Shown here: positions 1 through 7,753 of the stretch, one piece after another
Position numbering within the stretch: position 1 is the stretch's first letter
How the letters are laid out: every line of letters starts with the position of its first letter
IMG/VR virus record: IMGVR_UViG_3300042269_000088
DNA from: a virus
DNA length: 39,729 bases
Reading direction: 5' to 3' (one strand)
Translations under genes and position numbers: made by a program
The notes under the pieces: generated by a model
Told to the model about the DNA's origin: nothing
The model's database searches: none
The model's input: the letters and a program-made list of their open reading frames with translations, nothing else

Positions 1-127
1 CGGGTTATCGTCGGAGTAGTTGACCTCAACGGAACCATCCAGGTCATTCCAGAACGGCAGCTCTGCAATTTTGCCGGGGGCGTTAGCCAGAGTGTCAAGC
101 ATGCCGTTACGGGTAACGATACCAGAC
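1..127. repeat. Terminal direct repeat identical to 39603..39729 (contig-closure overlap of a circular or circularly permuted genome)
   Basis: Compared base by base: first 127 nt = last 127 nt. The capsid ORF reads straight through the junction. Confidence 0.95.
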
Positions 128-219
128 TCAAAAAACGCGGTTTTCTCAGGGCCATCTACCTGCGGCAGATCCTGAAATACTGTGACATCAATAATGTCGC
201 TCAAACGGGTGGTAGCCAT
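1..219 (-). CDS. Major capsid protein, N-terminal part (gene crosses the contig junction and continues 39602 -> 38811)
   Basis: ATG at 219..217 preceded by a GAGGTAA SD. Reads MATTRLSDIIDVTVFQDLPQVDGPEKTAFFESGIVTRNG, then continues in frame with MLDTLANAPGK... of ORF 38811..39704. De-duplicated gene is 1011 nt / 336 aa. Confidence 0.85.
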   Translation of the reverse strand, partial: MATTRLSDIIDVTVFQDLPQVDGPEKTAFFESGIVTRNGMLDTLANAPGKIAELPFWNDLDGSVEVNYSDDNP

Positions 220-230
220 TTTGTATTACC

Positions 231-863
231 TCAACGAGTGGATTTCAATTGCTCATAGCGAGCCGGATCAGACTTCCTGATCTCTGACAATTCAGCGGAT
301 GAATAATCCGCCCATTTTCCGGCCTGGCCGTTGCGGTTGCCTCCTTGAGCGCCACCACCGCTTGCCTGCGACCCGTCAACCAAGAACGGATAATCAGCAG
401 ACAGTTTCTCTTTCAGTTTGGTCGCGTCAACTTCAACGCCACCGACTTCAAACTTCACACCTTCATCGGTGTACTTTGCAAACTGCAGTGCTTCCTTTCG
501 CAGCAGCTCGGCTCGCTTATTGTCACGGGTTAGCTCGGTGACAAGCGCATTGGCCGCGCCTTCCAGCTCCTTCTGCTGAATCTGTTGGCGGAACTTGCGA
601 GCGTTCTCACGTTCCGTTTCAAGCTCGCTCTGAGTCTTTTCGTACAGGCTCTTGAACTCGCCTTTTTCCCGCTGGCGTGCTTCTTCGGCTTCCTGCTGCG
701 CCTTTTCCAGCTCGGTCAATCGCTCTTTGTCTTTGGCGTGAAGCCCAAGCAGTTCATCGCGCTTTGCCTTCAGCCCGGAAAGCTCTTCATCCAGTTTTGC
801 CTGCAACTCTTCGGCTGTAAATGCTTCTACTTCTGTTCCATCTTCCAACTTAAACTTTGCCAC
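231..863 (-). CDS. Scaffolding protein (coiled-coil)
   Basis: GTG start with GAGGTG SD 5 nt upstream. 210 aa, rich in E/K/R/Q/L heptad-like sequence. Sits directly upstream of the capsid gene. Confidence 0.65.
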   Translation of the reverse strand: MAKFKLEDGTEVEAFTAEELQAKLDEELSGLKAKRDELLGLHAKDKERLTELEKAQQEAEEARQREKGEFKSLYEKTQSELETERENARKFRQQIQQKELEGAANALVTELTRDNKRAELLRKEALQFAKYTDEGVKFEVGGVEVDATKLKEKLSADYPFLVDGSQASGGGAQGGNRNGQAGKWADYSSAELSEIRKSDPARYEQLKSTR

Positions 864-941
864 GTTTGCACCTCATGCGTATGTGGTTTGACCCTAGGCC
901 ATTTGGGTGTAGTATACCATCCCTTGGTTTTTTGCACAATC

Positions 942-1958
942 CTAGGCCAGTGCCATATCTTCGCGGGCTTTGAGCTGATCCAAGTCCAGCAGCACGCCCC
1001 GGTCATCAACAAACTTCTGAATGTTCATGCCGCCCCTAAATAACTTCGCTCTCTCCAACCCCAGTACTTCGTCCTGAAACTCTTTAGGCTGGCGCTTGAG
1101 CCATGAGTTGTAAGTGGTCTGCGCTGATACGGGACCGTCCATGCTGGCGCGTTCGCCATCAATGCCTGGTATCTTGAACTCGTCTTTGACCTTCGGCACC
1201 CGTACGCACCGACAGTTGTAGCCGTTCGGCGTTTGCGGGCCTTGCCCAATCGGGAACACCTTGCCATCTAGGGCGGCATGCTCCGGACGGGTACGGCCAT
1301 CAAGTGTAGCGGTGTACTCCTCACCTTGGATCACATCCGCATTAGCCTCATAAGTGCGCTGCCGTGCCACACTGCCGACATGGTTCACCGCCGTGCGTAC
1401 CAGCGTTTCAGCCTGCCGCCGCGACCGCGTACCAACTAGACTGCTGACCTCCCGCGCCAGCTCCTGCACCGTGCGGCCTTCGATCACTCCGGCCTGAATC
1501 GCTGTCTTGATCCGCCTATCCATGCTACCGGCGAACTCGGTAATCAGTTGGTTCAGCGTCAGGTTCTTGATCTGATTGCCGGATACCAGCTTCATCTGGC
1601 TTCGAGTGACAACGGCGGCAATCTGGTCAACTGACGGCAAAACAGTCTCCACAGAAACAGCGGTCTGCAATGCCTTGGCCGCGAACTCCGCCTGGTACTG
1701 CGCCAGCTCGGTCAGGTTGTCAGCCAACTGGATCTCAAGCTGGCCGGTGATCTCGGTAATGATGCGGGACAGGTCAGCCTGCAAGCCTGCAAGCCGCATC
1801 GCCTGGAACTCAGTCGGCGTGTCGAGCATTCGGGCTTCAAGCGAGTTTCTGAGGTTCGTCAGTATCGGCAGCAGCTCCCGGATCACGCTGTTGCTGTAGC
1901 GCTGCAAGAGGAGCTGTTCGCGGGTCAGCCGGTCGATGAGGTATTGGTTGGAGCTCAT
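942..1958 (-). CDS. Head morphogenesis / minor head protein (SPP1 gp7 / Mu F-like)
   Basis: Motif TLDGRTRPEHAALDG...PNGYNCRCV. ATG at 1958 overlaps the upstream stop (ATGA). Lies downstream of the portal. Confidence 0.8.
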   Translation of the reverse strand: MSSNQYLIDRLTREQLLLQRYSNSVIRELLPILTNLRNSLEARMLDTPTEFQAMRLAGLQADLSRIITEITGQLEIQLADNLTELAQYQAEFAAKALQTAVSVETVLPSVDQIAAVVTRSQMKLVSGNQIKNLTLNQLITEFAGSMDRRIKTAIQAGVIEGRTVQELAREVSSLVGTRSRRQAETLVRTAVNHVGSVARQRTYEANADVIQGEEYTATLDGRTRPEHAALDGKVFPIGQGPQTPNGYNCRCVRVPKVKDEFKIPGIDGERASMDGPVSAQTTYNSWLKRQPKEFQDEVLGLERAKLFRGGMNIQKFVDDRGVLLDLDQLKAREDMALA

Positions 1959-2806
1959 GCCATGCACCTAAATATATGGGCTATGACATCAACAGTCCAG
2001 CCGTTGCCTAGCATTCTATAGCGCTGGTAATCACTAACTATAGAAGAATACCCTGCCGGTACTGACTGTAGCCACTCGCATTGCTCTGGCGTTAATGGCT
2101 TACACCGGCCATCCTTAGGGAATATAGACCCAAAATCAAATTCTGACACGCTTAGAGAAGGCCTGCCAACTCCATTGGGGTTTCCGCAATACGTTGTTAA
2201 CGCTCCAAAGATATTCGTGAAAACAACTCTGTTTGATTCCTTTGATCTTTTTACAGTGGAAGGTCTAAAGTCACCAATGCCCGGTAAATCTTCTACTTTT
2301 TTTGCACTTTTCTTGATCGGTGAGATGTTCCAATTTACCCAGTAATACCGATCCCTATTTATGGGCAGTATTTCATTTGTGTTAATTCTAACAGGCTCAA
2401 CCCCAAGCATCTCACTAATCACAGACAAACTCTCACGCTTCATTTTTACGTTTTCAAGCATGAAATTAACATCAGGATTGACTGCCTTTATATGGTTCAA
2501 TATATCAACATAGACAAAAAACAGCTTTGATCTTGGATCATCAAAAGCAAGTTGCTTGCCTGCAAAGCTAAACCCCTGACAGGGGCTGCCACCTATAAGC
2601 AGGTCAATGGAATGCCAATCTATATCCCAATCTTTCCAGTCCTCAACACTACCGAGCCGAACTATTTCTGGGTAATTGTGCTCTGATACAGCAATCGCAT
2701 GCTTATCAATCTCGCTGGCATAATAAGTACCAACAGATACACCTGCCCGATCTAGCGCAATACGACCACAAGACATGCCATCAAAAAGAGATAAAACATT
2801 CATCAT
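1955..2806 (-). CDS. DNA (cytosine-5)-methyltransferase
   Basis: Motif I LFDGMSCG, motif IV GGSPCQGFS, motif VI ENV, C-terminal MLGNGWTV. 283 aa. Low-GC island. Confidence 0.85.
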   Translation of the reverse strand: MMNVLSLFDGMSCGRIALDRAGVSVGTYYASEIDKHAIAVSEHNYPEIVRLGSVEDWKDWDIDWHSIDLLIGGSPCQGFSFAGKQLAFDDPRSKLFFVYVDILNHIKAVNPDVNFMLENVKMKRESLSVISEMLGVEPVRINTNEILPINRDRYYWVNWNISPIKKSAKKVEDLPGIGDFRPSTVKRSKESNRVVFTNIFGALTTYCGNPNGVGRPSLSVSEFDFGSIFPKDGRCKPLTPEQCEWLQSVPAGYSSIVSDYQRYRMLGNGWTVDVIAHIFRCMA

Positions 2807-4176
2807 AATCCAGCCACCTCAACCTGCCCAATAATCTCCTTATCGGTCAAGGTGTCATCCACTACGCCGGTACGGCGCAGGTACGACAGGATCACCTCGC
2901 GGCTGATGATGCCGATTGACTCAAGCCCCATCATCTGCGCAAGCATCTGCGGGTCAACTTGCGACTCGAAGAAGCTGGTGTTCATGCTCACGGTCACATC
3001 ATCCGGATTCGCGCCTGCGAACTCACACACCCAGCGGAGGCATAGCCCCAGCGCCTCACCACAGTTGCGCACAATGGTCTCAAGCACGGATGTTTCAGCC
3101 GCCATGTTCGCCCTGACCGCTTCCGCCGTCTGGTTCGCGCCGCCTTCGGTAATCAGGCGTGCGCCGATCATGAGCATCTGTCGTTCCTTGGCTGTCATGG
3201 CCTCAAACGCTGCGCTGTTGGCCTGAGCCTGCATCAGTGCAGCAGAGCCGCCGCCGTTGGTGACAATGCCACGGCGTGCGCCCATCTGGATGCCGTTCGG
3301 GTTCTTCGCGTTCCACTCTTGGTCGGACATTGTGCCGGTATCAATATGGATCATCGGCTGGCCGTGAACGTAGACACCCTCCTCGTAGTCGGCACTGTTG
3401 CGATAGTGGCTGATATTCACGGCTGCCAGGTCGTACAACGTCACAGGATCAACACCCGCATCGTTGTTGACGCTACCAGCGGCCACGAACGGGATCACGT
3501 CCCAGCGGCTACCATCGGCCTTGCGCGGCTCCATGGTTTCGATCAGCGTACCGCCGTCATCGTACAGCTCTTGCACATACGCGCCGTCAACCAGTCTAAG
3601 GACGCGATACTGCACCTCGCTCGTGTAGTCGAATCCGTCCTCGGTCGTTTCTGCTTCCTCGCGCAGCACAACCAGATCAAGCATGCCGCCGGACAGGTGC
3701 CAGTTGATGATGCTCTCAGCAGCGTACTCGGTGATGACCGGACGCAGCCCCATGGCGATAACGTCCTCTCTTGATAGTCCTTCCGGCGCAGCAGGGTAAT
3801 CGACTAGCAGGCCATGACGCCCAATACTGGCGACATTGGACACAACGGAGCGGGCAAGCTGTACCAGGCTGTTGTTGCTGTTGTCGGCGTCCTCGCGGAT
3901 ATATTCGATACCGGTCGGCAGCTCAATCTCCGGCTCCTTGCGGAACGCTGCGCCAACCAGGGTGTTCAAGGTGCGCCCGACAACATTCATGAACAGCGCC
4001 CGCTGCAAATACGCCTGATAACGCGGGCTGTTGCGGTCGTTGTTGTCGGGGTCAGGAATCGGTAGGTAGGTCGGCCCTTTGGCCTTAACGGCGCTCTGGC
4101 CTGCAATGCAATCACGGACAGCCGCCCACAGTGGCGCGTGAGCGGAATAGCTGGTGTGGACGGTGGAGACTGGCAT
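2803..4176 (-). CDS. Portal protein
   Basis: 457 aa. Position between terL and the head morphogenesis gene. AGGA SD upstream of the start. Confidence 0.7.
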   Translation of the reverse strand: MPVSTVHTSYSAHAPLWAAVRDCIAGQSAVKAKGPTYLPIPDPDNNDRNSPRYQAYLQRALFMNVVGRTLNTLVGAAFRKEPEIELPTGIEYIREDADNSNNSLVQLARSVVSNVASIGRHGLLVDYPAAPEGLSREDVIAMGLRPVITEYAAESIINWHLSGGMLDLVVLREEAETTEDGFDYTSEVQYRVLRLVDGAYVQELYDDGGTLIETMEPRKADGSRWDVIPFVAAGSVNNDAGVDPVTLYDLAAVNISHYRNSADYEEGVYVHGQPMIHIDTGTMSDQEWNAKNPNGIQMGARRGIVTNGGGSAALMQAQANSAAFEAMTAKERQMLMIGARLITEGGANQTAEAVRANMAAETSVLETIVRNCGEALGLCLRWVCEFAGANPDDVTVSMNTSFFESQVDPQMLAQMMGLESIGIISREVILSYLRRTGVVDDTLTDKEIIGQVEVAGL

Positions 4177-4204
4177 TTTGGTATCCTGTTTGTTGATTGC
4201 TGAT

Positions 4205-4213
4205 ATTATAACA
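4205..4213 (-). promoter_or_regulatory. Extended -10 promoter (TGTTATAAT) upstream of the portal gene
   Basis: Reverse complement gaaatgttataatatc. TTGTCC lies 18 nt upstream. Confidence 0.45.
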
Positions 4214-4267
4214 TTTCGCTATTAGTGGGGACAAAGAAAAGCCATCGCGGGGAGGGTCGTGGCTATC

Positions 4268-4462
4268 TTATATGTGTCCAAGATGGCGCATCATGGCATC
4301 CATCATCCCCTTTCCGTACCAAAGGTCCGCATGATACGCATTTGGCACCCCTGGAGGAATCATCTTATTTAGTCTATCGGCAGCCGCACGCACCCCTTCA
4401 GCCTCAATGATTCTCTTGGCACCTGCGTATCCGTATTCGTACTGCTGTAGCCTGGTATCCAT
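4268..4462 (-). CDS. Hypothetical small protein (64 aa)
   Basis: ORF with GAGGCGG SD. Lies between terL and the portal gene. Confidence 0.45.
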   Translation of the reverse strand: MDTRLQQYEYGYAGAKRIIEAEGVRAAADRLNKMIPPGVPNAYHADLWYGKGMMDAMMRHLGHI

Positions 4463-4628
4463 AAATCACCGCCTCATGATCTGCGCCTGAGAATTGAGAG
4501 CGGCAACCTGTCAGGCGTAACAGGGGTTCGGGGATCAGCCTAGCCGCTCTAGCAGTATGCAATAAAAACCCCCTAACCTGTCGACCAAGTGCTCCCAATC
4601 CGTCGGCGGGGAGGTATCATGCCCGTCA

Positions 4629-4637
4629 ATTATACCA
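4629..4637 (-). promoter_or_regulatory. Extended -10 promoter-like element (TGGTATAAT) overlapping the terL stop codon
   Basis: Reverse complement tttgtggtataattg. Confidence 0.35.
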
Positions 4638-5886
4638 CAAATCCAATATTGATGTCCATGACTGGTTTTCGTATGGGCATCTCATATGCTATCGGGTAGG
4701 TGCTGGCATCATTCTGGTGATCGTTGCCGCTTGACTTATCAGGTTCGCCGTTCGTGTCGTATGTTTGCTGCTCAAAACAGGCAGCTACGTCTGGGCACCT
4801 TTCGTCATTGACAAACAATCTGCCATTTTCAAATGCGGCATTCGTGGAGGATATCCTATCTTTTACCGGAGGGTTCTGCGGTTTAAACCGGCACTCAAAA
4901 CCGAATTCCTGCCGCAAAATTGCGATGTCGGACTCTGCAGCCCCACCCATACGGGTTCTGTTTTTGCCGGAACTGTCTGGGTACACAATTATTTTGCTGC
5001 TCGGATATCTGTCCTTCAATACCTGAGCCACTGCGGGAGTATTATAACCATCTTTAATTTGATCCACCGCATGAAATGCTTTGTCACGCATAACATAAAC
5101 AGTTGCAGCCATTTTGTCGATGTTAAAGTCCATGCCAACGAAGATTGGCTCACCGAACTTCACCACTTCCTTGCTCCTGTGTTTTGCGCGGTCATAACTG
5201 CGGTACACGGTCCCAGAAGTCAGGTTCACAAACTGACCTTCTAAGTAAGCACTTATTAACTGTTGAGGGTACGTCTCGATTAAAGATGGTATGTAATCAG
5301 GCGGCAAAAATTCCTCGTTTTCGTAGGTACTTGCCTGTACCATTGAATAACTGGAGGTCGGGTCTTTCGCAAACTGATGATACACAAATTTGAAACCCTC
5401 TGGTGTTGTTGTGACACCAATGGAGTTTTCAACACCAGGAATCACCAAACGCATTCGAGCAATGATTTTGTTCCAAGCATCTTGCGCCTTTTGACGCTTC
5501 AGCACATCTATTTCATCAACAAGTGCTCTGCTGATTTTGAAACCCACTATAGATGCGGGGTTGTCCATTGAGCGGCATATGACGGTGCCATAATAAACAT
5601 TACCGCGATAAATACCAACCTCCTTGTCGCCAGATTTAATCACGGTCCGGAAGCCCATCATTTCCGCAGCTTCACTGAAGGTTGGATAGAAAATGTCGCG
5701 TATGGCCGGGTATGTTGGTCCGAAATATCCCTGCACCGTTCCTGGATGCTTACAGCAGAATATCAATAGGTCCAGACACCCAATAAAGGTTTTCCCGGAC
5801 CCGAAACCACCAACATACGCTCGGTATTTGGTGTTGAGTCCGCTAAGGAATACACTCTGTGGGTTACTTAACCTCAGGTCGGCCAT
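4630..5886 (-). CDS. terL: Terminase large subunit
   Basis: Walker A VGGFGSGKTF. 418 aa. Overlaps the terS 3' end. Upstream of the portal. Confidence 0.85.
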   Translation of the reverse strand: MADLRLSNPQSVFLSGLNTKYRAYVGGFGSGKTFIGCLDLLIFCCKHPGTVQGYFGPTYPAIRDIFYPTFSEAAEMMGFRTVIKSGDKEVGIYRGNVYYGTVICRSMDNPASIVGFKISRALVDEIDVLKRQKAQDAWNKIIARMRLVIPGVENSIGVTTTPEGFKFVYHQFAKDPTSSYSMVQASTYENEEFLPPDYIPSLIETYPQQLISAYLEGQFVNLTSGTVYRSYDRAKHRSKEVVKFGEPIFVGMDFNIDKMAATVYVMRDKAFHAVDQIKDGYNTPAVAQVLKDRYPSSKIIVYPDSSGKNRTRMGGAAESDIAILRQEFGFECRFKPQNPPVKDRISSTNAAFENGRLFVNDERCPDVAACFEQQTYDTNGEPDKSSGNDHQNDASTYPIAYEMPIRKPVMDINIGFVV

Positions 5887-6352
5887 TTGTCACCTTGACA
5901 TCACGAAGAGGCTCCCGCACTTCAAAACTGATCTCCAGCTTCTGTGCCTGCTCTTCATCCTCCTCTTTCCCTTTGGGGTTATCCAAACCTAGGATCTTTG
6001 CCTTCCCCATTGTTGCTGACACCATCGGTGATGGTTGCTCAATACTTTTGGCCAATTGCCTGGCTTCTTCAAGCTCGGCCAATAAATCATCTACTTTCAT
6101 GTTGTGTCTCCTAGCATGTTCGGCCTGTACGTCTTGAATAAACGCCACCACCTTGGGGTTCCTGAATGCCACCTTAGTCCTAGTGTATAACGACTTATTC
6201 CCATAGTTACCACGGCCATATGCATGAACATAAGCGGCTGTCTTTTCTCCATGCTCCATATAATAGTAAGCCATCCTAGCCTGCTTCGGGTTTAGGTGGT
6301 AGGTTTTTTGTGCCTCCTCTATGGAGACTTCTAGCGGGACATTTTTGGGCAT
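5864..6352 (-). CDS. terS: Terminase small subunit (start taken at MPKNV)
   Basis: LNPKQARMAYYYMEHGEKTAAYVHAYG resembles the Terminase_2 N-terminal HTH. Immediately upstream of terL. No SD before either candidate start. Confidence 0.6.
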   Translation of the reverse strand: MPKNVPLEVSIEEAQKTYHLNPKQARMAYYYMEHGEKTAAYVHAYGRGNYGNKSLYTRTKVAFRNPKVVAFIQDVQAEHARRHNMKVDDLLAELEEARQLAKSIEQPSPMVSATMGKAKILGLDNPKGKEEDEEQAQKLEISFEVREPLRDVKVTNGRPEVK

Positions 6353-6358
6353 ATGGCA

Positions 6359-6367
6359 ATTATACCA
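6359..6367 (-). promoter_or_regulatory. Extended -10 promoter (TGGTATAAT) 6 nt upstream of the terS ATG
   Basis: Reverse complement gtgtggtataattgccatATG. Confidence 0.45.
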
Positions 6368-6420
6368 CACAGACAGGCTCCACACCATGACAAGTGTTGG
6401 TTGCTTCGTAGCGTTACTTT

Positions 6421-6456
6421 TTTATAAACCGGAAAAAATTGTCAACGACAGACAGT
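6421..6456 (-). promoter_or_regulatory. Operator/promoter-like module, copy 1 (inside the 47-bp perfect inverted-repeat core; one half-site degenerate, GACAGT)
   Basis: Reverse complement of 6408..6454 equals 21167..21213. Confidence 0.5.
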
Positions 6457-6467
6457 TTTTTTAGGCC

Positions 6468-6577
6468 ATTCTACAACTGCAACAATTCTACAACACTATC
6501 AGAAACACCGTAAAACGGGAACTTTTATGTAGAATGAACTGTAGAACACGAAAAAACATCAACACTACAATTCTACA
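6468..6577. repeat. Iteron array: 5 copies of ATTCTACA / TGTAGAA(T/C)
   Basis: Copies at 6468, 6485 and 6570 (forward), and at 6528 and 6540 (reverse). Confidence 0.8.
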
Positions 6578-6595
6578 TGGTGTTGCCCTTCAGAA

Positions 6596-6631
6596 ATTGT
6601 CATTCTTTGACAATTTTTCCAAGTCTATAAA
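6596..6631 (+). promoter_or_regulatory. Operator/promoter-like module, copy 3
   Basis: attgtcattctttgacaatttttccaagtctataaa. Confidence 0.5.
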
Positions 6632-6704
6632 AAAGTTAACGAGAAGAAGGAAAGGAAAGGCCATTTTCTTGGCCTCTGTGCCGAATAGCTATGCTAGTGG
6701 GGAT

Positions 6705-6744
6705 TAATATAAAGAGAGCCAAGGAAGACGCCTTCTCTTGGCTC
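6705..6744 (-). terminator. Terminator closing the replication module
   Basis: 12-bp stem with one bulge, GAGCCAAGaGAAG-gcgt-CTTCCTTGGCTC, followed by tctttatatt. Confidence 0.7.
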
Positions 6745-6766
6745 GGAAAGGTGTCTGTGGTGCGGG

Positions 6767-7330
6767 TTACTTCTTGGCGGACCTGCGGAGGTAGTTTCCG
6801 ATATTCATTCGCTGCATCCCGTGATTCAGGTGGGAGTATTTCGCTCTCAATTCTGACTCTGGGGTGTCTGTGTGTTGCGACACTATTTCATATGCCTCAT
6901 CTAAATCTTTACCCATCAGAAGTTGCGCAACAGAATCACCATTACATTTGCTCTTGCGCCCGTTTGCAGTCACCCCGGTGACATACCTGGCCGCTATTTC
7001 GGGATCTACCACACCATTTTTAGGAGTGGTGGATGTATTTTCCTCGTCTTCGGCGGCATCTTCCTTGGACAGCTCCAATTCTGCCTGTACATCAGTGTGG
7101 GTGACTTCTGCTGCGGCTTCCAGAGCCTCCGTGAGGGCTTCCTCGTATTCCTTCTTGGAAGATTTGAACACCTCGGAGCGGACCATTTTCACAATTTCGG
7201 AGCCGTCAGCCGGGTTAAAGGTGATGAACTTATCATCAAAACCTGTGATTCTGCCAAACACCCAATCACCTGTCCCTGTGACATCAGCCTGAACATAACC
7301 ACCGACACTTGCTCTTTTTAATGCTTTCAT
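6767..7330 (-). CDS. Hypothetical protein (187 aa; acidic centre, basic C-terminus)
   Basis: Start chosen downstream of the consensus promoter at 7379..7407, with GAGGA SD in the conserved leader ATAGAGGATAGAGAA-ATG. Confidence 0.7.
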   Translation of the reverse strand: MKALKRASVGGYVQADVTGTGDWVFGRITGFDDKFITFNPADGSEIVKMVRSEVFKSSKKEYEEALTEALEAAAEVTHTDVQAELELSKEDAAEDEENTSTTPKNGVVDPEIAARYVTGVTANGRKSKCNGDSVAQLLMGKDLDEAYEIVSQHTDTPESELRAKYSHLNHGMQRMNIGNYLRRSAKK

Positions 7331-7378
7331 TTCTCTATCCTCTATCTCATTAGGTGTGGCCAACCCGACCACACCTTT

Positions 7379-7407
7379 ATTATACCATGGGTGTTTTATT
7401 TTGTCAA
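7379..7407 (-). promoter_or_regulatory. Sigma70 consensus promoter P3 (TTGACA-17-TATAAT)
   Basis: Reverse complement: ttgacaaaataaaacacccatggtataat. Confidence 0.8.
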
Positions 7408-7411
7408 TACC

Positions 7412-7624
7412 TTAGGCTGTTTCCAGTGCCAGCGCAACAAAATCTTCGAACTGGATTTTCTGCAACCGGTCATCGAAACCCTGGTTCAGGCGGCTCTGTT
7501 GTGTCAGCAACCAGACCAGCTCCAGGCGTTTAAGCTTTCTGACCGCATCGATTGCGTCTGTTTTGTTGCCGTTTTTCCAATTCGCGATGATTGCGGAAAG
7601 CTTGATCACTGTTGATTGTTTCAT
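7412..7624 (-). CDS. Hypothetical protein (70 aa)
   Basis: Own consensus promoter (7660..7688) and the conserved ATAGAGGATAGAGAA leader. Confidence 0.7.
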   Translation of the reverse strand: MKQSTVIKLSAIIANWKNGNKTDAIDAVRKLKRLELVWLLTQQSRLNQGFDDRLQKIQFEDFVALALETA

Positions 7625-7659
7625 TTCTCTATCCTCTATTGTGTCATCTCTATAGTTTT

Positions 7660-7688
7660 ATTATAGCAGACCATGGGCATCCTGTCAA
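7660..7688 (-). promoter_or_regulatory. Sigma70 consensus promoter P4 (TTGACA-17-TATAAT)
   Basis: Reverse complement: ttgacaggatgcccatggtctgctataat. Confidence 0.8.
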
Positions 7689-7694
7689 TACTCA

Positions 7695-7723
7695 AATAAA
7701 AAGACGCCCGCACTGTGGCGGGC
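7695..7723 (-). terminator. Rho-independent terminator after the VRR-NUC gene, immediately upstream of P4
   Basis: Reverse complement: GCCCGC-cacagt-GCGGGC-gtc-tttttattt. Confidence 0.65.
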
Positions 7724-7753
7724 CAATGACCAGGGTACCATCACTAATGGCAC

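Larger units (their letters stand above)
6408..6601. repeat. Left arm of the ~194-bp imperfect inverted repeat
   Basis: Perfect blocks 6408..6454 (47 bp) and 6482..6512 (31 bp) match the reverse complement of 21167..21213 and 21109..21139. Confidence 0.9.

Noticed and set aside
1-127. The 127-bp terminal repeat as genuine physical direct terminal repeats (T7-like DTR)
   Set aside because: The repeat lies inside the major capsid coding sequence, and its length equals a common maximum assembler k-mer. Contig-closure overlap is the simpler explanation. This cannot be proven without reads.
6468-6577. TTCTACA repeat clusters as a CRISPR-like array or tRNA/ncRNA genes
   Set aside because: The repeats are only 8 bp, occur in both orientations and have irregular 12-35-bp spacing. 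I could not fold a cloverleaf or conserved RNA structure in any intergenic region.
6691-6981. A 96-aa plus-strand ORF downstream of operator/promoter-like copy 3
   Set aside because: It is antisense to gene 6767..7330 and crosses that gene's terminator hairpin. There is no SD. At most it is a non-coding antisense transcript.
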